A stretch of DNA of 44,620 bases, taken from an uncultured delta proteobacterium. Its GTDB lineage: Bacteria > Myxococcota_A > Polyangia > Polyangiales > Ga0077539. The notes under the pieces are model-generated. The model worked only from the letters and a program-made list of their open reading frames with translations, had not been told where the DNA came from and did no database searches. A program made the translations under genes and the position numbers. Positions 31,264 to 40,406 of this stretch are shown here, in pieces. Every line of letters starts with the position of its first letter. The first letter of the stretch is position 1. Location: NCBI GenBank assembly GCA_903860995.1, contig CAIOSS010000784.1, positions 1-44,620 of the forward strand. Reading direction: 5' to 3'.

Positions 31264-31609
31264 GGCTCACGGACTCGACGGCGAAGTCCCCGCCCGGGCG
31301 CACGGCGTCCTCCAGGACCTCGACAGCCCGCGCGGCGCCGCCACCCACGACGATGCGACGGGGCTGATCTCGAAGAAGCGCAGACGGCTGAGCCCGCGAC
31401 GTCTCCATGACAAGTTGCGCGTCGATGTGCTCGACCCTCGTCCGCAGGTCGAGTCCTCAAAATCACTTGAATCTTGGCCGCAGTAGGGACGGTCCTTCGT
31501 CGCTGACGTCTCGGGCCGCCTCTGGCACAGATCCCAGCAGGCGCGGCGAGCGCACTGGGCTCCTGCCTCGGGTACGGACGTCAAACCGCTGGTCGGGCCA
31601 TGGGGCGGC

Positions 31610-32338
31610 TCAGCCCCCGAAATCCACGCACCAGGGTGGCGCCGCGGCGTCCGCCCCGCCCGCGGTGATCGCCCCAGCCGCGTCGACCCGGAGCCCCGCG
31701 AGGCGGGCCGCCAGGGCCGCGTCCCGGGGGTCACTCGCGCCATCGCGTCGCCGCGGGGCAGCCGCCCGCGCGATGAGTGCGCGGTCGTCATCGAGGGACA
31801 GCAGCGCCAGCAGGGACTGCGCGGTCGTCGGCTGGCGGGCCGCCAGCGCCGCGCGGAGCGCCTCGGCGACGCCCACCGCGACGGGGCAGTCGTACCGGCA
31901 CGGGTAGAACGAGATGAGCTGGGCGCGCGCGGCCATCAACAGCGGGTTGATGCGCGCGTCGGCCCGCGGCGCCCATGCGCCCCGGTCGAGGCGATCGACG
32001 CCGCGATCGAGGCGCTCGAGGAAGGCCTCCACGCAGCACGGCGGAAAGCCCAGGAGACTCCCGATGGCCCGGTGGCGCGCCGCGGCATCACCCGCGCTCG
32101 CGCGCCCCGGCAGCACGGCCTCCTCGGCGTCCCGCAGGGCGCCCGCGTGCCCGGCCGATCGCGCGGCGTAGAGCACCACCTGCTCGCGCCCGCCCAGCAC
32201 CGCGGTCTGCGCCGCGCGCAGCACCACGGCCCCGCCGGACCGGAGCTGCGCCTCCACCCGCGCGGCGTCCGCCGGGTCGACGGTTCGGCGAATCGCCGGC
32301 TTCTGTCCCAGCTCGAAGGCGAGCCACTCGGCGTCCAT
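31610..32338 (-). CDS. Stand-alone PPCC...PCx3C domain protein
   Basis: This is a 242-aa ORF. LLGFPPCCVEAFLERL and SFYPCRYDCPVAVGVAEAL align with MLGYPPCCVEAFAAL and SFPCSYGCPRAVAQAEAVL of 22830-25430. It is divergent from the radical SAM gene at 32470. Confidence 0.75.
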   Translation of the reverse strand: MDAEWLAFELGQKPAIRRTVDPADAARVEAQLRSGGAVVLRAAQTAVLGGREQVVLYAARSAGHAGALRDAEEAVLPGRASAGDAAARHRAIGSLLGFPPCCVEAFLERLDRGVDRLDRGAWAPRADARINPLLMAARAQLISFYPCRYDCPVAVGVAEALRAALAARQPTTAQSLLALLSLDDDRALIARAAAPRRRDGASDPRDAALAARLAGLRVDAAGAITAGGADAAAPPWCVDFGG

Positions 32339-32469
32339 CGGGGCTCAGGGCCGTTCGGGTTCGTGGTGGCGGCGCAGCACGTCGTGTCCGATGGTCCACC
32401 ACCCCGTGCCGCGCCGCCACCGTGATTGACCTGCCTGGGGCCCTCTGCCACCGTCCGACCATCTCCCCC

Positions 32470-34629
32470 ATGGACCCCGATCGCGCCCGCGGTCTCCCGG
32501 TGCGCCCCTTCTGCGTCACGGCCGCGTGTGATCTCCGCTGCGCATGGTGCGAGTGCTGCGGTGGCCCGACCGGCGTGGACTTCTCCCCGGGCAGCCCCGA
32601 GCAGCCCTCCTTCCCGACCGACCCCACGCACTTCCGTCTCGTGGGCGGCGATCCCTTCTCCCACGGCGACCTGCGCGCGTGGGTCGACTGGGCCCGACAC
32701 AACCCCGCGGCCTACGTCTCCGTCGAGGGCCACGCGCACCGCCTCCTGGAAGCGGGCGCCATCGACCGCCTGCTCGCCGCGCGCCCGGACGCCGTGCGCG
32801 TGCTGCTGCCGACGCTCGACGACGACCTGCTCGCCCGCTGGACGGCGAAGCCCCTCGTGGCCGCGCGCTCCCTCGCGGCGATGGAGGCGCTCCTGGCCGC
32901 CGGGCTCCCGGTCGTCGCCGTCGTCGCCCTCAACGCCGCCACCGCGCCGCACCTCCAGGACACCGTGTCGGGCCTCGCGCGGCGCTTCCAGGGGCGCGTC
33001 CCGGTGGTGCTGCTCCGAGCGCCCGTGCTGCCGCCACGCCCGGGGCGCCTGCACGACCTCGCGGTCGACGATCCCGCCGAGACGCTCACCATCGGCGAGG
33101 CCCTGGAGGCGCTGCCCGCGGCGCTCCCATTCGACGCCTCGCTCACCTTCGACGCGCTGAAGAACGACCCCCCGTGCCTGCTCCCCGCGAGCGCCCGTCG
33201 GCCGGGCCTGGTGACCGCCGCGAGGTCCGAGCGGGCGCTGGCGAGCACCCCCGCCCCGGAGGTGTGCGGCGGGTGCGCCTGGAGGCCCCGGTGCACCTGG
33301 CGACCGGCCGCGCGGGCGGTGCCGGTGCACGCCATGGTGCCGCTCTCGCAGGCCGAGGCCATGGCGATGCAGTCCGCCCTGGAGGCCGGCGCGGCGACCC
33401 CCGCCCGCGTCGACGAGCGCGCCCGGCGGCGCGAGGCGCAGGGGCTGCCCGACCTGCTCTGCTTTGCGCCGTTCACCTCCCTCTCGGTGCACGAGCTGCG
33501 CAAGCGGCCGGTGCCCTGCGCGCAGTCGTGGGTGGACACCACCTCGACGCCGGAAATGGAGGCCGAGGCGCTGGGGGTGCCCGTGGCGGAGGTCGTCGCC
33601 ATGAACGCCCGCGCCCAGGAACTCTGGGGCGTGCCCTGGCACGACGTCATGAACGAGGACTGGCCCCTGCGCGAGGTCTGGAACGCCCCGCTGCTGCGCC
33701 ACATGCGTCGGCAGATGGTGCGCGGCGGGCCGAGCGACCGGTGCCGCTCGAGCTGCCGCGTGGTGCTCGGGGTCGAGGAGCGGGGGACGCCCTTCCTGAC
33801 GCGCCCGGACGCCGAGCTCTCCGCGGCGGTGGTGGCCAACCGACGGCTCCTGCTCGACGAGCTGCGCGCGGGGAAGGCGGTGCTCACGGCGCTGCCGATC
33901 GACCTGTGCGTAGGCGTCTCGTCGCACTGCAACATCAGCTGCGGCTTCTGCACCGGCCCGATGGGAAACTTCGGAGAGCTGAGTGACCGGCGCTTCGCGG
34001 AGGTCGTGGAGCTCCTGCCGACGCTGATGCACTTCTCCGCCGTGGGCCCCGGAGAGCCGCTGATGAGCGCGGCCTTCAACCGCCTGCTCGACCACATCGC
34101 CGCCGGCGACTACCCCTCGCTCACGGTGAGCGTCACCACCAACGGGACCCTGCTGCGCCAGAGCTGGATCGACCGCTATCAACACCTGCGCTGGGGAATG
34201 ATCCGCGTCTCGCTCAACGCCGGGAGCGCCGCCACCTACGAGCGGATGACCGGGAAGACCGGCTACTTCGAGCGGGTCCTTGCAGGCCTGGAGATGCTCG
34301 CCGCGATGCGCGACCGCCAGCGCGACCCCTTCGAGCTGGTCGTGAGCTGCGTGCTCGGCGCCAACGTGCAGGGCGACCTCGCGCCCTTCGCCGCGTTGGT
34401 CGACCGCCTGGGCGCGCGCATCGTGCTCGAACCCATGACCGGCGACCTGGACGGCACCAGCCCCTACAAAGACCCGGGGCGCACCCGCGCGCTCGCGGCC
34501 GAGTGCCATACGGTCGCAGACGCCTATGCGATCCAGAACCCCCCGGTGGCGCGCGCGTTCAACGCCATGGCAACGTTCGCCGAGGAGCGGCTGCGCAAGC
34601 GGCTCCAGGTGATCCTGCCGCGCCGGTGA
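32470..34629 (+). CDS. Double radical-SAM protein: radical SAM (CX3CX2C) + CX2CX5C/SPASM-like Cys cluster + second radical SAM core
   Basis: ATG 32470 lies within track ORF 31975-34629 and gives 719 aa. Core 1 is C20-x3-C24-x2-C27 (TAACDLRCAWC) with LVGGDPF. Next come C266-x2-C269-x5-C275 and a SPASM-like LCFAPFTSLSV...PVPC...EVWNAPLLRHMRR...CRSSC. Core 2 is C487-x3-C491-x2-C494 (SSHCNISCGFC) with GPGEPLM and TTNGTLL. Confidence 0.85.
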   Translation: MDPDRARGLPVRPFCVTAACDLRCAWCECCGGPTGVDFSPGSPEQPSFPTDPTHFRLVGGDPFSHGDLRAWVDWARHNPAAYVSVEGHAHRLLEAGAIDRLLAARPDAVRVLLPTLDDDLLARWTAKPLVAARSLAAMEALLAAGLPVVAVVALNAATAPHLQDTVSGLARRFQGRVPVVLLRAPVLPPRPGRLHDLAVDDPAETLTIGEALEALPAALPFDASLTFDALKNDPPCLLPASARRPGLVTAARSERALASTPAPEVCGGCAWRPRCTWRPAARAVPVHAMVPLSQAEAMAMQSALEAGAATPARVDERARRREAQGLPDLLCFAPFTSLSVHELRKRPVPCAQSWVDTTSTPEMEAEALGVPVAEVVAMNARAQELWGVPWHDVMNEDWPLREVWNAPLLRHMRRQMVRGGPSDRCRSSCRVVLGVEERGTPFLTRPDAELSAAVVANRRLLLDELRAGKAVLTALPIDLCVGVSSHCNISCGFCTGPMGNFGELSDRRFAEVVELLPTLMHFSAVGPGEPLMSAAFNRLLDHIAAGDYPSLTVSVTTNGTLLRQSWIDRYQHLRWGMIRVSLNAGSAATYERMTGKTGYFERVLAGLEMLAAMRDRQRDPFELVVSCVLGANVQGDLAPFAALVDRLGARIVLEPMTGDLDGTSPYKDPGRTRALAAECHTVADAYAIQNPPVARAFNAMATFAEERLRKRLQVILPRR

Positions 34630-34635
34630 GGGCGC

Positions 34636-34666
34636 GTACCCGAGTGCGAAGCTCGAACTCGGGTAC
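34636..34666 (+). terminator. 9-bp-stem hairpin after the radical SAM gene
   Basis: gtacccgag (34636-34644) pairs with ctcgggtac (34658-34666) as a perfect inverted repeat with a 13-nt loop. There is no U-tract, so it could be a terminator, an attenuator or an RNA-stability element. Confidence 0.3.
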
Positions 34667-34690
34667 GATCGACCGGAGGAGACTCCCCCA

Positions 34691-36304
34691 TTGGGCCGGA
34701 TCAAAATCCTTGCGCTGGTGATGCTGGGCGCGGCCTGCGCGACGCCCGGGGCCGCGCGCGACGCCGGGACCGACCCGGAGCAGCCCGTCGATGACCAGCC
34801 GCGCCTGGTGGTGCGGCGACGGCTCACGCGCGACGAGCTCTCGGCCACGCTGCGCGCGCTCCTGCGCAGGGGCGGCGAGTTTCCGCAGCTCCCCCTCGAC
34901 GCGCGGATCCGGGGCTTCGACACCAGTCCGGAGGTGCTCCCGGTCTCCTCGGCGCACGCGGCCGCCTTCGCGCTCATCGCCAACGAGGCCGCCGTGCAGA
35001 TCGAGCTCTCGGGGGGCCCCGCGGTGCTCCTGGGCGCCCCGTGCAACCTCGCCGGCGACGCCGACCGCTGCGTCGACGCCTTCATCCGTCGCCTGGGTCG
35101 GCGCGTGTACCGGCGCGCGCTCAGCGACGAGGAGGTCGCGTCCTACCACGCGCTCGCGGCCGCGGCGGGAGGTGACCACGGCCAGGCGCTCCGCTCAGTG
35201 ATGTCCGCGCTGCTCCAGTCGCCGTGGTTCCTCTACGCGGTGGAGTCGGCGCGGCGCGACCCCGCGCGCCCGGGGCGGTGGCGCCTGGATGGGTGGTCGA
35301 CCGCGACCCGGCTGGCGCTGCTCCTGTGGGGTGAGGGGCCGGACGACGCGCTGCTCGACCGCGCTGCCCGCGGCGAGCTCGACACCGACGAGGGCGCCCG
35401 GCGCGTGGCGGCGGACATGCTCGCCGACGGGAGGGCGCGCGCCGGCGTCGGGCGCTTTCTGCGCGAATGGCTGCGGCTCTACGCGGTCGACTGGCTCCAG
35501 CGCGACCCGACGCGCTACCCGAGATGGCAGGGCAACCTCGGAGGTGACCTGCGCGAGGAGACCGTGCGCTTCGCCGACGAGGTGGTCTGGGGCGAAGGCG
35601 GCGACCTGCGCGACCTGCTCACCGGCCCTTGGACCTGGATGAACCCCGCCATCGCCGGTCTCTACGGCGTCGCGCCGCCGCCGTCGGGGGCCTGGACGCG
35701 CGTGGCGTTCCCGGACGGGGAGGGGCGCGCGGGCATCCTCACGCAGCCCAGCGTGCTGGCCATCACCGCGCTGAGCCGCCGGGAGTCCGCGACGCTGCGC
35801 GGGGAGTACGTGCGCTCGGTGCTGCTCTGCGACCCCGTGGGCTCGCCGCCCCCGGAGGCCGCGGACGTCCCGCCGGGGCCCGCCGACGAGACCGAGCGCC
35901 AACGGCTGGCGCGGCACGCGAGCGCCCCGGCGTGCGCCTCCTGCCACGCGCGCCTCGACCCCGTGGGCCTCGGGTTCGAACGCTATGACGGCGTCGGCGG
36001 GATGATCGCAGGGCGTGACGACCTCACCGGCCGCGGCTCCGTCGCCGGCCTCACCCCGGCGGACTTCACCGGGCCGGTCGAGCTCGGCCGCCTGCTCCGC
36101 GCGAGCGGGCGCTTCGAGCGCTGCGCCGCCACGCAGCTCCTCCGCTTCGCGCTCGGCCGCGCGGAGGCGCCCCGCGACGAGGCGACGATCGACCTCATGA
36201 CGCGCGCCCTGGCCGCGTCGTCGTACCGATTTCCGGCGATGGCGGCCGCGCTGGTGACGAGCGAGGCGTTCCTCACGCTGAGTGACGCGGAGGTGATGCG
36301 ATGA
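34691..36304 (+). CDS. DUF1592/DUF1588/DUF1585-like exported protein (usual partner of DUF1552)
   Basis: GGAGGA (34675-34680) precedes TTG 34691. The signal is GRIKILALVMLGAAC. Family-typical segments are GILTQPSVLAITA, RGEYVRSVLLCDPVGSPPPE and CASCHARLDPVGLGFERYDGVGG. Confidence 0.8.
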   Translation: MGRIKILALVMLGAACATPGAARDAGTDPEQPVDDQPRLVVRRRLTRDELSATLRALLRRGGEFPQLPLDARIRGFDTSPEVLPVSSAHAAAFALIANEAAVQIELSGGPAVLLGAPCNLAGDADRCVDAFIRRLGRRVYRRALSDEEVASYHALAAAAGGDHGQALRSVMSALLQSPWFLYAVESARRDPARPGRWRLDGWSTATRLALLLWGEGPDDALLDRAARGELDTDEGARRVAADMLADGRARAGVGRFLREWLRLYAVDWLQRDPTRYPRWQGNLGGDLREETVRFADEVVWGEGGDLRDLLTGPWTWMNPAIAGLYGVAPPPSGAWTRVAFPDGEGRAGILTQPSVLAITALSRRESATLRGEYVRSVLLCDPVGSPPPEAADVPPGPADETERQRLARHASAPACASCHARLDPVGLGFERYDGVGGMIAGRDDLTGRGSVAGLTPADFTGPVELGRLLRASGRFERCAATQLLRFALGRAEAPRDEATIDLMTRALAASSYRFPAMAAALVTSEAFLTLSDAEVMR

Positions 36305-37575
36305 GACCGTTCCGACTGTCGCGCAGGGCCGTACTGAGGGGCCTCGGGGCAACGATCGCGCTGCCCGTCCTCGACGCGATGCTCGACGACCGTGGGCGCC
36401 TGCACGGCGTCGCGCACGCGCAGGGCATGGAGGCCCCGGTGTGCCTCGTGACGTGGTTCTTCGCGCACGGCACCAAGATGGACGCCTGGACCCCGCCCGA
36501 CGACGGCGCCCGGTGGACGCCCACCCCGTGCCTCGCGCCGCTCGACGCGCACCGCGGCGACCTCCTCGTGCTCACCGGGCTGGCCAACCCCGCGCCGGAG
36601 CTTCTGTCCTCCGTAGGCGGCCCGCACTCCCGCGGCGCCGCGAGCTGGGCCAGCGGGATGCCCACCTCCGCGACGGGCGCGGGCGGCCCGACCTTCGAGC
36701 GCCTCGCCGCGGCGGAGCTCGGCGGCGCCACCCGCTTCCGCGCGCTGAGCGTGGTGAACGCCCCGGAGGCGCCCGGCGTCGAGTCCGGCTCCTCGGCGAT
36801 GCTCACCAACCTCTCGTGGTCCGGGCCGAGCCGGCCGGCGCCCGCGACGCGGGACCCCGCGCAGCTCTTCGCGCAGCTCTTCGGCAGCGTGCGCTCCGAC
36901 GGCTCGGGCGGCAGCGTGCTCGACCACGTGCGCGGCGAGCTGCTGGCGCTGCAGTCCCGCGTCGGCCGCGACGACCGCGCGCGGCTCGAGGAGCACCTGG
37001 GCGCGGTGCGCGACATGGAGCGCGCGGCGACCCCTGGCGCGGCGTGCTCCCCCGGCGTCGCGCCCCCGGACGCGACGCTCCCTCCGCCGGAGAGCGCGCG
37101 GCTCCTCCTGCGGCTCATCACGGCCGCGCTGCGGTGCGACCTCACGCGCTTCGCCAGCTTCGCGCTCAGCAACGCGCTCAACAACAGCCCGCTCCCCTGG
37201 CTCGGCCTGAACGACGGCCACCACGACCTGTCACATCAGGACGACCACGACACCATCGTGCGCATCACGCGCGACGCCATGGAGCACGCCGCGTTCTTCC
37301 TCGGCGAGCTGGCGGCGGCGCGCGACGCCCGCGGCCGTCTCCTCGACCGCTGTCTGGTGTTCATCTCGAGCGAGGTGTCCGACGGCGCGCGCCACGACTA
37401 CCGCGACCTCCCGGTGATCGTGGCGGGCCGCGGCGGGGGCGTGGCGCCGGGCGCCCACCTGCGCGTCGCCCCGCACACGTCCATCTGTCGGCTGTACCTC
37501 TCGCTGCTCCAGCGCGCGGGGGCGCGGGTCGACCGCTTCGGCCTCGACGGCGAGTCCCCCCTCGCGCTCCCGTAG
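36301..37575 (+). CDS. DUF1552-like protein with twin-arginine-type signal
   Basis: The start overlaps the upstream stop as ATGA. The N-terminus is MRPFRLSRRAVLRGLGATIALPVLDAML. It is 424 aa long and shows the typical pairing with the preceding gene. Confidence 0.8.
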   Translation: MRPFRLSRRAVLRGLGATIALPVLDAMLDDRGRLHGVAHAQGMEAPVCLVTWFFAHGTKMDAWTPPDDGARWTPTPCLAPLDAHRGDLLVLTGLANPAPELLSSVGGPHSRGAASWASGMPTSATGAGGPTFERLAAAELGGATRFRALSVVNAPEAPGVESGSSAMLTNLSWSGPSRPAPATRDPAQLFAQLFGSVRSDGSGGSVLDHVRGELLALQSRVGRDDRARLEEHLGAVRDMERAATPGAACSPGVAPPDATLPPPESARLLLRLITAALRCDLTRFASFALSNALNNSPLPWLGLNDGHHDLSHQDDHDTIVRITRDAMEHAAFFLGELAAARDARGRLLDRCLVFISSEVSDGARHDYRDLPVIVAGRGGGVAPGAHLRVAPHTSICRLYLSLLQRAGARVDRFGLDGESPLALP

Positions 37576-37630
37576 GCGGCGGCGGGGGATCCCGACTAGG
37601 ATCGCGGGCGATGCACCCCGACGGCGCCCG

Positions 37631-38674
37631 ATGACGACGCGCTACCTGATCACGGGCGGGGCTGGGTTCCTCGGCGTCAACCTCGCGCGCTTCCTGCTCA
37701 CGCGCGGCCACGCGGTGACCTCGCTCGACATCGCGGACTTCGACTACCCCGACCTCGTCGGCCGCGTGCGCGCAGTCCGGGGCGACGTCCGCGTACGCGC
37801 CGACGTCGACCGCGCGATGGAGGGCGCCGAGGTCGTCGTCCACGCCGCGGCGGCGCTGCCGCTCTACCCCCGCGACGTCATCTTCTCGACCGACGTCGGC
37901 GGTACGCGCCTCGTGCTCGACGCCGCCCTGCGCCGCGGCGTCGACCGCGTGGTGCACATCTCCTCCACCGCGGTGTACGGCGTCCCCGACCGCGGCCCGC
38001 TGCTGGAGGACGACCCGCTGGCGGGCGTCGGGCCCTACGGCGAGGCCAAGGTCGTCGCCGAGCGCCTCTGCCGCGAGCACCGCGAGCGCGGCCTGTGTGT
38101 GACGATCCTGCGGCCGAAGTCCTTCGTCGGCCCCGAGCGCCTGGGGATCTTCTCGCTGCTCTACGACTGGGCCGCGAGCGGGAAGGGCTTCCCGCTGCCT
38201 GGGCGTGGCGACAACCGGTACCAGCTCCTCGACGTCGAGGACCTCTGTGAGGCGATCGTGCTCGCCGCGACGGCCGACCGGTCCGCGGCGAACGACACCT
38301 TCAATGTCGGGGCGCGCGAGTTCGCCACCCTGCGGGAGGACTTCCAGGCGGTGCTCGACCGCGCGGGCTTCGGCAAGAGGATCGTCCCGCTGCCCGCGGC
38401 GCCGATGCTCGCCGCGCTCCGGGTGCTGGAGGCGCTCCGGCTCTCGCCGCTCTACCACTGGACCTACGGCACCGTGACGAAGGACTCCGCCGTCTCGGTC
38501 GAGAAGGCCGCGCGGGTGCTCGGCTTCGCGCCGCGCTACTCCAACCGCGACGCGCTGCTGCGCAACTACGAGTGGTACCTCGCCCACCGGTCGCGCTTCG
38601 CCGACACCGTGGGCGTGTCCCACCGCACGCCGTGGAAGCAGGGCGCCCTGCGGCTGGCCAAGCGGCTGTTCTGA
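37631..38674 (+). CDS. NAD-dependent epimerase/dehydratase (extended SDR) with C-terminal extension
   Basis: This is a 347-aa ORF. Motifs are ITGGAGFLGVNLA and YGEAKVVAE. The tail reads YEWYLAHRSRFADTVGVSHRTPWKQGALRLAKRLF. It is convergent with paralogue 3, with a 15-nt gap. Confidence 0.85.
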   Translation: MTTRYLITGGAGFLGVNLARFLLTRGHAVTSLDIADFDYPDLVGRVRAVRGDVRVRADVDRAMEGAEVVVHAAAALPLYPRDVIFSTDVGGTRLVLDAALRRGVDRVVHISSTAVYGVPDRGPLLEDDPLAGVGPYGEAKVVAERLCREHRERGLCVTILRPKSFVGPERLGIFSLLYDWAASGKGFPLPGRGDNRYQLLDVEDLCEAIVLAATADRSAANDTFNVGAREFATLREDFQAVLDRAGFGKRIVPLPAAPMLAALRVLEALRLSPLYHWTYGTVTKDSAVSVEKAARVLGFAPRYSNRDALLRNYEWYLAHRSRFADTVGVSHRTPWKQGALRLAKRLF

Positions 38675-38689
38675 ACGCGCGAGACGGCC

Positions 38690-40378
38690 TCAGTCCGCGC
38701 TCCAGCGATAGAGCCCCAGCGTCGCGCAGCGCCGCCGCGGAGGCAGGTCGTAGGGCTGGGGGTAGTGCCCCGGCGACGGCGCGCAGGTGCGCGCGGACCG
38801 CACGAGCCTCCACGGTCGCGCCCGCAGCGCCGCGGCGCACTCCTCGTTGACGACCTCCCCCAGGGGTCGCGGGGCCTCGTACCCCGACGACCCGCATAGC
38901 GACGGGTTGCGGAAGCACTCGCGGTCGAGCGCGCACACCCGGTCGGTCACGAGCCAGATGGGCCCGCCGCTGCCCGCGCCCGCCCCGGCGGCGAGCGCTT
39001 CGGCGGGGATCGGCCGCACGTCCGGGCGCACCGTGGTCACCCACCGCGCGGGGATGTGATGGATGTCGGGTCCGGTCAGCACCACGAAGCGATCCCCCGG
39101 GCGCATCGACGCCAGGGCCGCGCGCACGAAGCGGTACTCCATGGCCATCGGGAGGGGCGCGGCGTCGGCGAAGCCGCCCCGGTCGGCGGCGATCAGAGCG
39201 GCCGCGGGCGCGAGCAGCCACGCGGCGGGTAGCAGGCGTGGGGGCAGGCGACGCGCCGCGGCGGCGTAGAGCCACGCGACGGGCAGCAGGCACAGGGCCA
39301 TCGCGAAGAGCTCGTGCCGCAGCCCGGAGGGGAACCACCCGTTCGCGGTCAGGCCGCCCTGCGCGACGGCCACGACGGGCGCGAGCAGGCCGACGCACGC
39401 GAGGTGCAGGTCACGCCGGACCAGGCAGCGCAGCGACAGCACGGCCCACGACGCGCACATCGCGGCGCCCATCCAGAAGGGGATGTACGGCTCCACCCAG
39501 CCGACCCAGTACCGGTTGAGGACGCGGTCGCGGAGGATCGGCGATCCGACGTCGCCGGGGAAGGGCAGGTGCGGCATCGAGACGAGGGCCGAGGACTCGG
39601 CGTGCGCGCTGCGGGCCGCCAGGATGGCGAAGAGCTGGGGCGCGAGCGCGACACCGAGGGCGGCGCACGCCGCGAGGGGCGCCCACCAGGGCAGCCGCGG
39701 CGGGCGGCGGGCGGAGAGCAGCGCCAGGGGGGCGAGGGCGGCCAGCGGGAGGGTGATCTCCCGCGCCGTGGCCGCGACGGCGACGAGGGCACAGCCCGCG
39801 ACCAGGGAGGGCCGCGAGGCCTCCGCGACGCCCGTCTGGAGCAGCGCCATGCCTGCGATCGCCGCGGCCACCACGAGGTTGAGCGACTCCTCGGTGGGCG
39901 CCAGGAAGAGCGCGTGGGGCTGGAACATGAGCAGCGAGGCCGCGGCGACGCCCGCGAGGCGGCCGCCGAAGGAGCGCGCGGCGAGCCAGAAGATCGCCGG
40001 CACGCCGAGCGCGGACAGCGTCACGTCGAGGGCGAAGACCGGGTCGTGCGCGCCGGACAGGGCGCGGTGCGTGAGCGCCGCGAGGAGCCGGTGGGTCGAG
40101 GGGACGCCATGGAGCAGGGCGGCCTCGGCGAGTGGCAGCCCCGCGGTGGCGACGTAGTCGTAGGCGTGGTGGTTCTCGTGCACCAGCGTGTGTGGCGCGG
40201 TGCTCCAGCGCGCGAGGAACGCCACGGCGAAGAGGGCGACCGAGGTGACCAGCGCCTCCCGCCGGGCGATGGGGTCCAGGGCGCGCAGCCGCTCGACCAG
40301 CGCGGCGGCGGTCGCGAGCGCGGCAGTGAGGGCGATGAGCCCGACGGCGATCAGGGCGAGCGGGTTCGAGGGTTCCAT
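38690..40378 (-). CDS. Polytopic membrane protein, HENHH family paralogue 3
   Basis: Track ORF 38690-40558 has an Arg/Pro-rich leader. ATG 40378 (MEPSNPLALIAVGLIAL...) matches the paralogue N-termini. HTLVHENHHAYDYVATAG is encoded at about 40160-40192. The C-terminus reads DRVCALDRECF...EECAAALRARPWRLV...RCATLGLYRWSAD. Confidence 0.85.
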   Translation of the reverse strand: MEPSNPLALIAVGLIALTAALATAAALVERLRALDPIARREALVTSVALFAVAFLARWSTAPHTLVHENHHAYDYVATAGLPLAEAALLHGVPSTHRLLAALTHRALSGAHDPVFALDVTLSALGVPAIFWLAARSFGGRLAGVAAASLLMFQPHALFLAPTEESLNLVVAAAIAGMALLQTGVAEASRPSLVAGCALVAVAATAREITLPLAALAPLALLSARRPPRLPWWAPLAACAALGVALAPQLFAILAARSAHAESSALVSMPHLPFPGDVGSPILRDRVLNRYWVGWVEPYIPFWMGAAMCASWAVLSLRCLVRRDLHLACVGLLAPVVAVAQGGLTANGWFPSGLRHELFAMALCLLPVAWLYAAAARRLPPRLLPAAWLLAPAAALIAADRGGFADAAPLPMAMEYRFVRAALASMRPGDRFVVLTGPDIHHIPARWVTTVRPDVRPIPAEALAAGAGAGSGGPIWLVTDRVCALDRECFRNPSLCGSSGYEAPRPLGEVVNEECAAALRARPWRLVRSARTCAPSPGHYPQPYDLPPRRRCATLGLYRWSAD

Positions 40379-40406
40379 GGTCCTTGCGCGGCGCTTTTGG
40401 GGGGGA

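Noticed and set aside
31936-35085. 1049-aa minus-strand ORF
   Set aside because: It is a shadow of the double radical-SAM gene 32470-34629. It has no motifs and an Arg/Gly/Ala-rich composition, whereas the plus frame carries two CX3CX2C cores and GGDP/GPGEPL motifs.
35933-35947. CASCH (CxxCH) considered as a c-type haem-binding site indicating a cytochrome
   Set aside because: It is a single motif within the conserved DUF1585/1588-like segment typical of this family. No other cytochrome features are visible, so I cannot support a cytochrome call from sequence alone.
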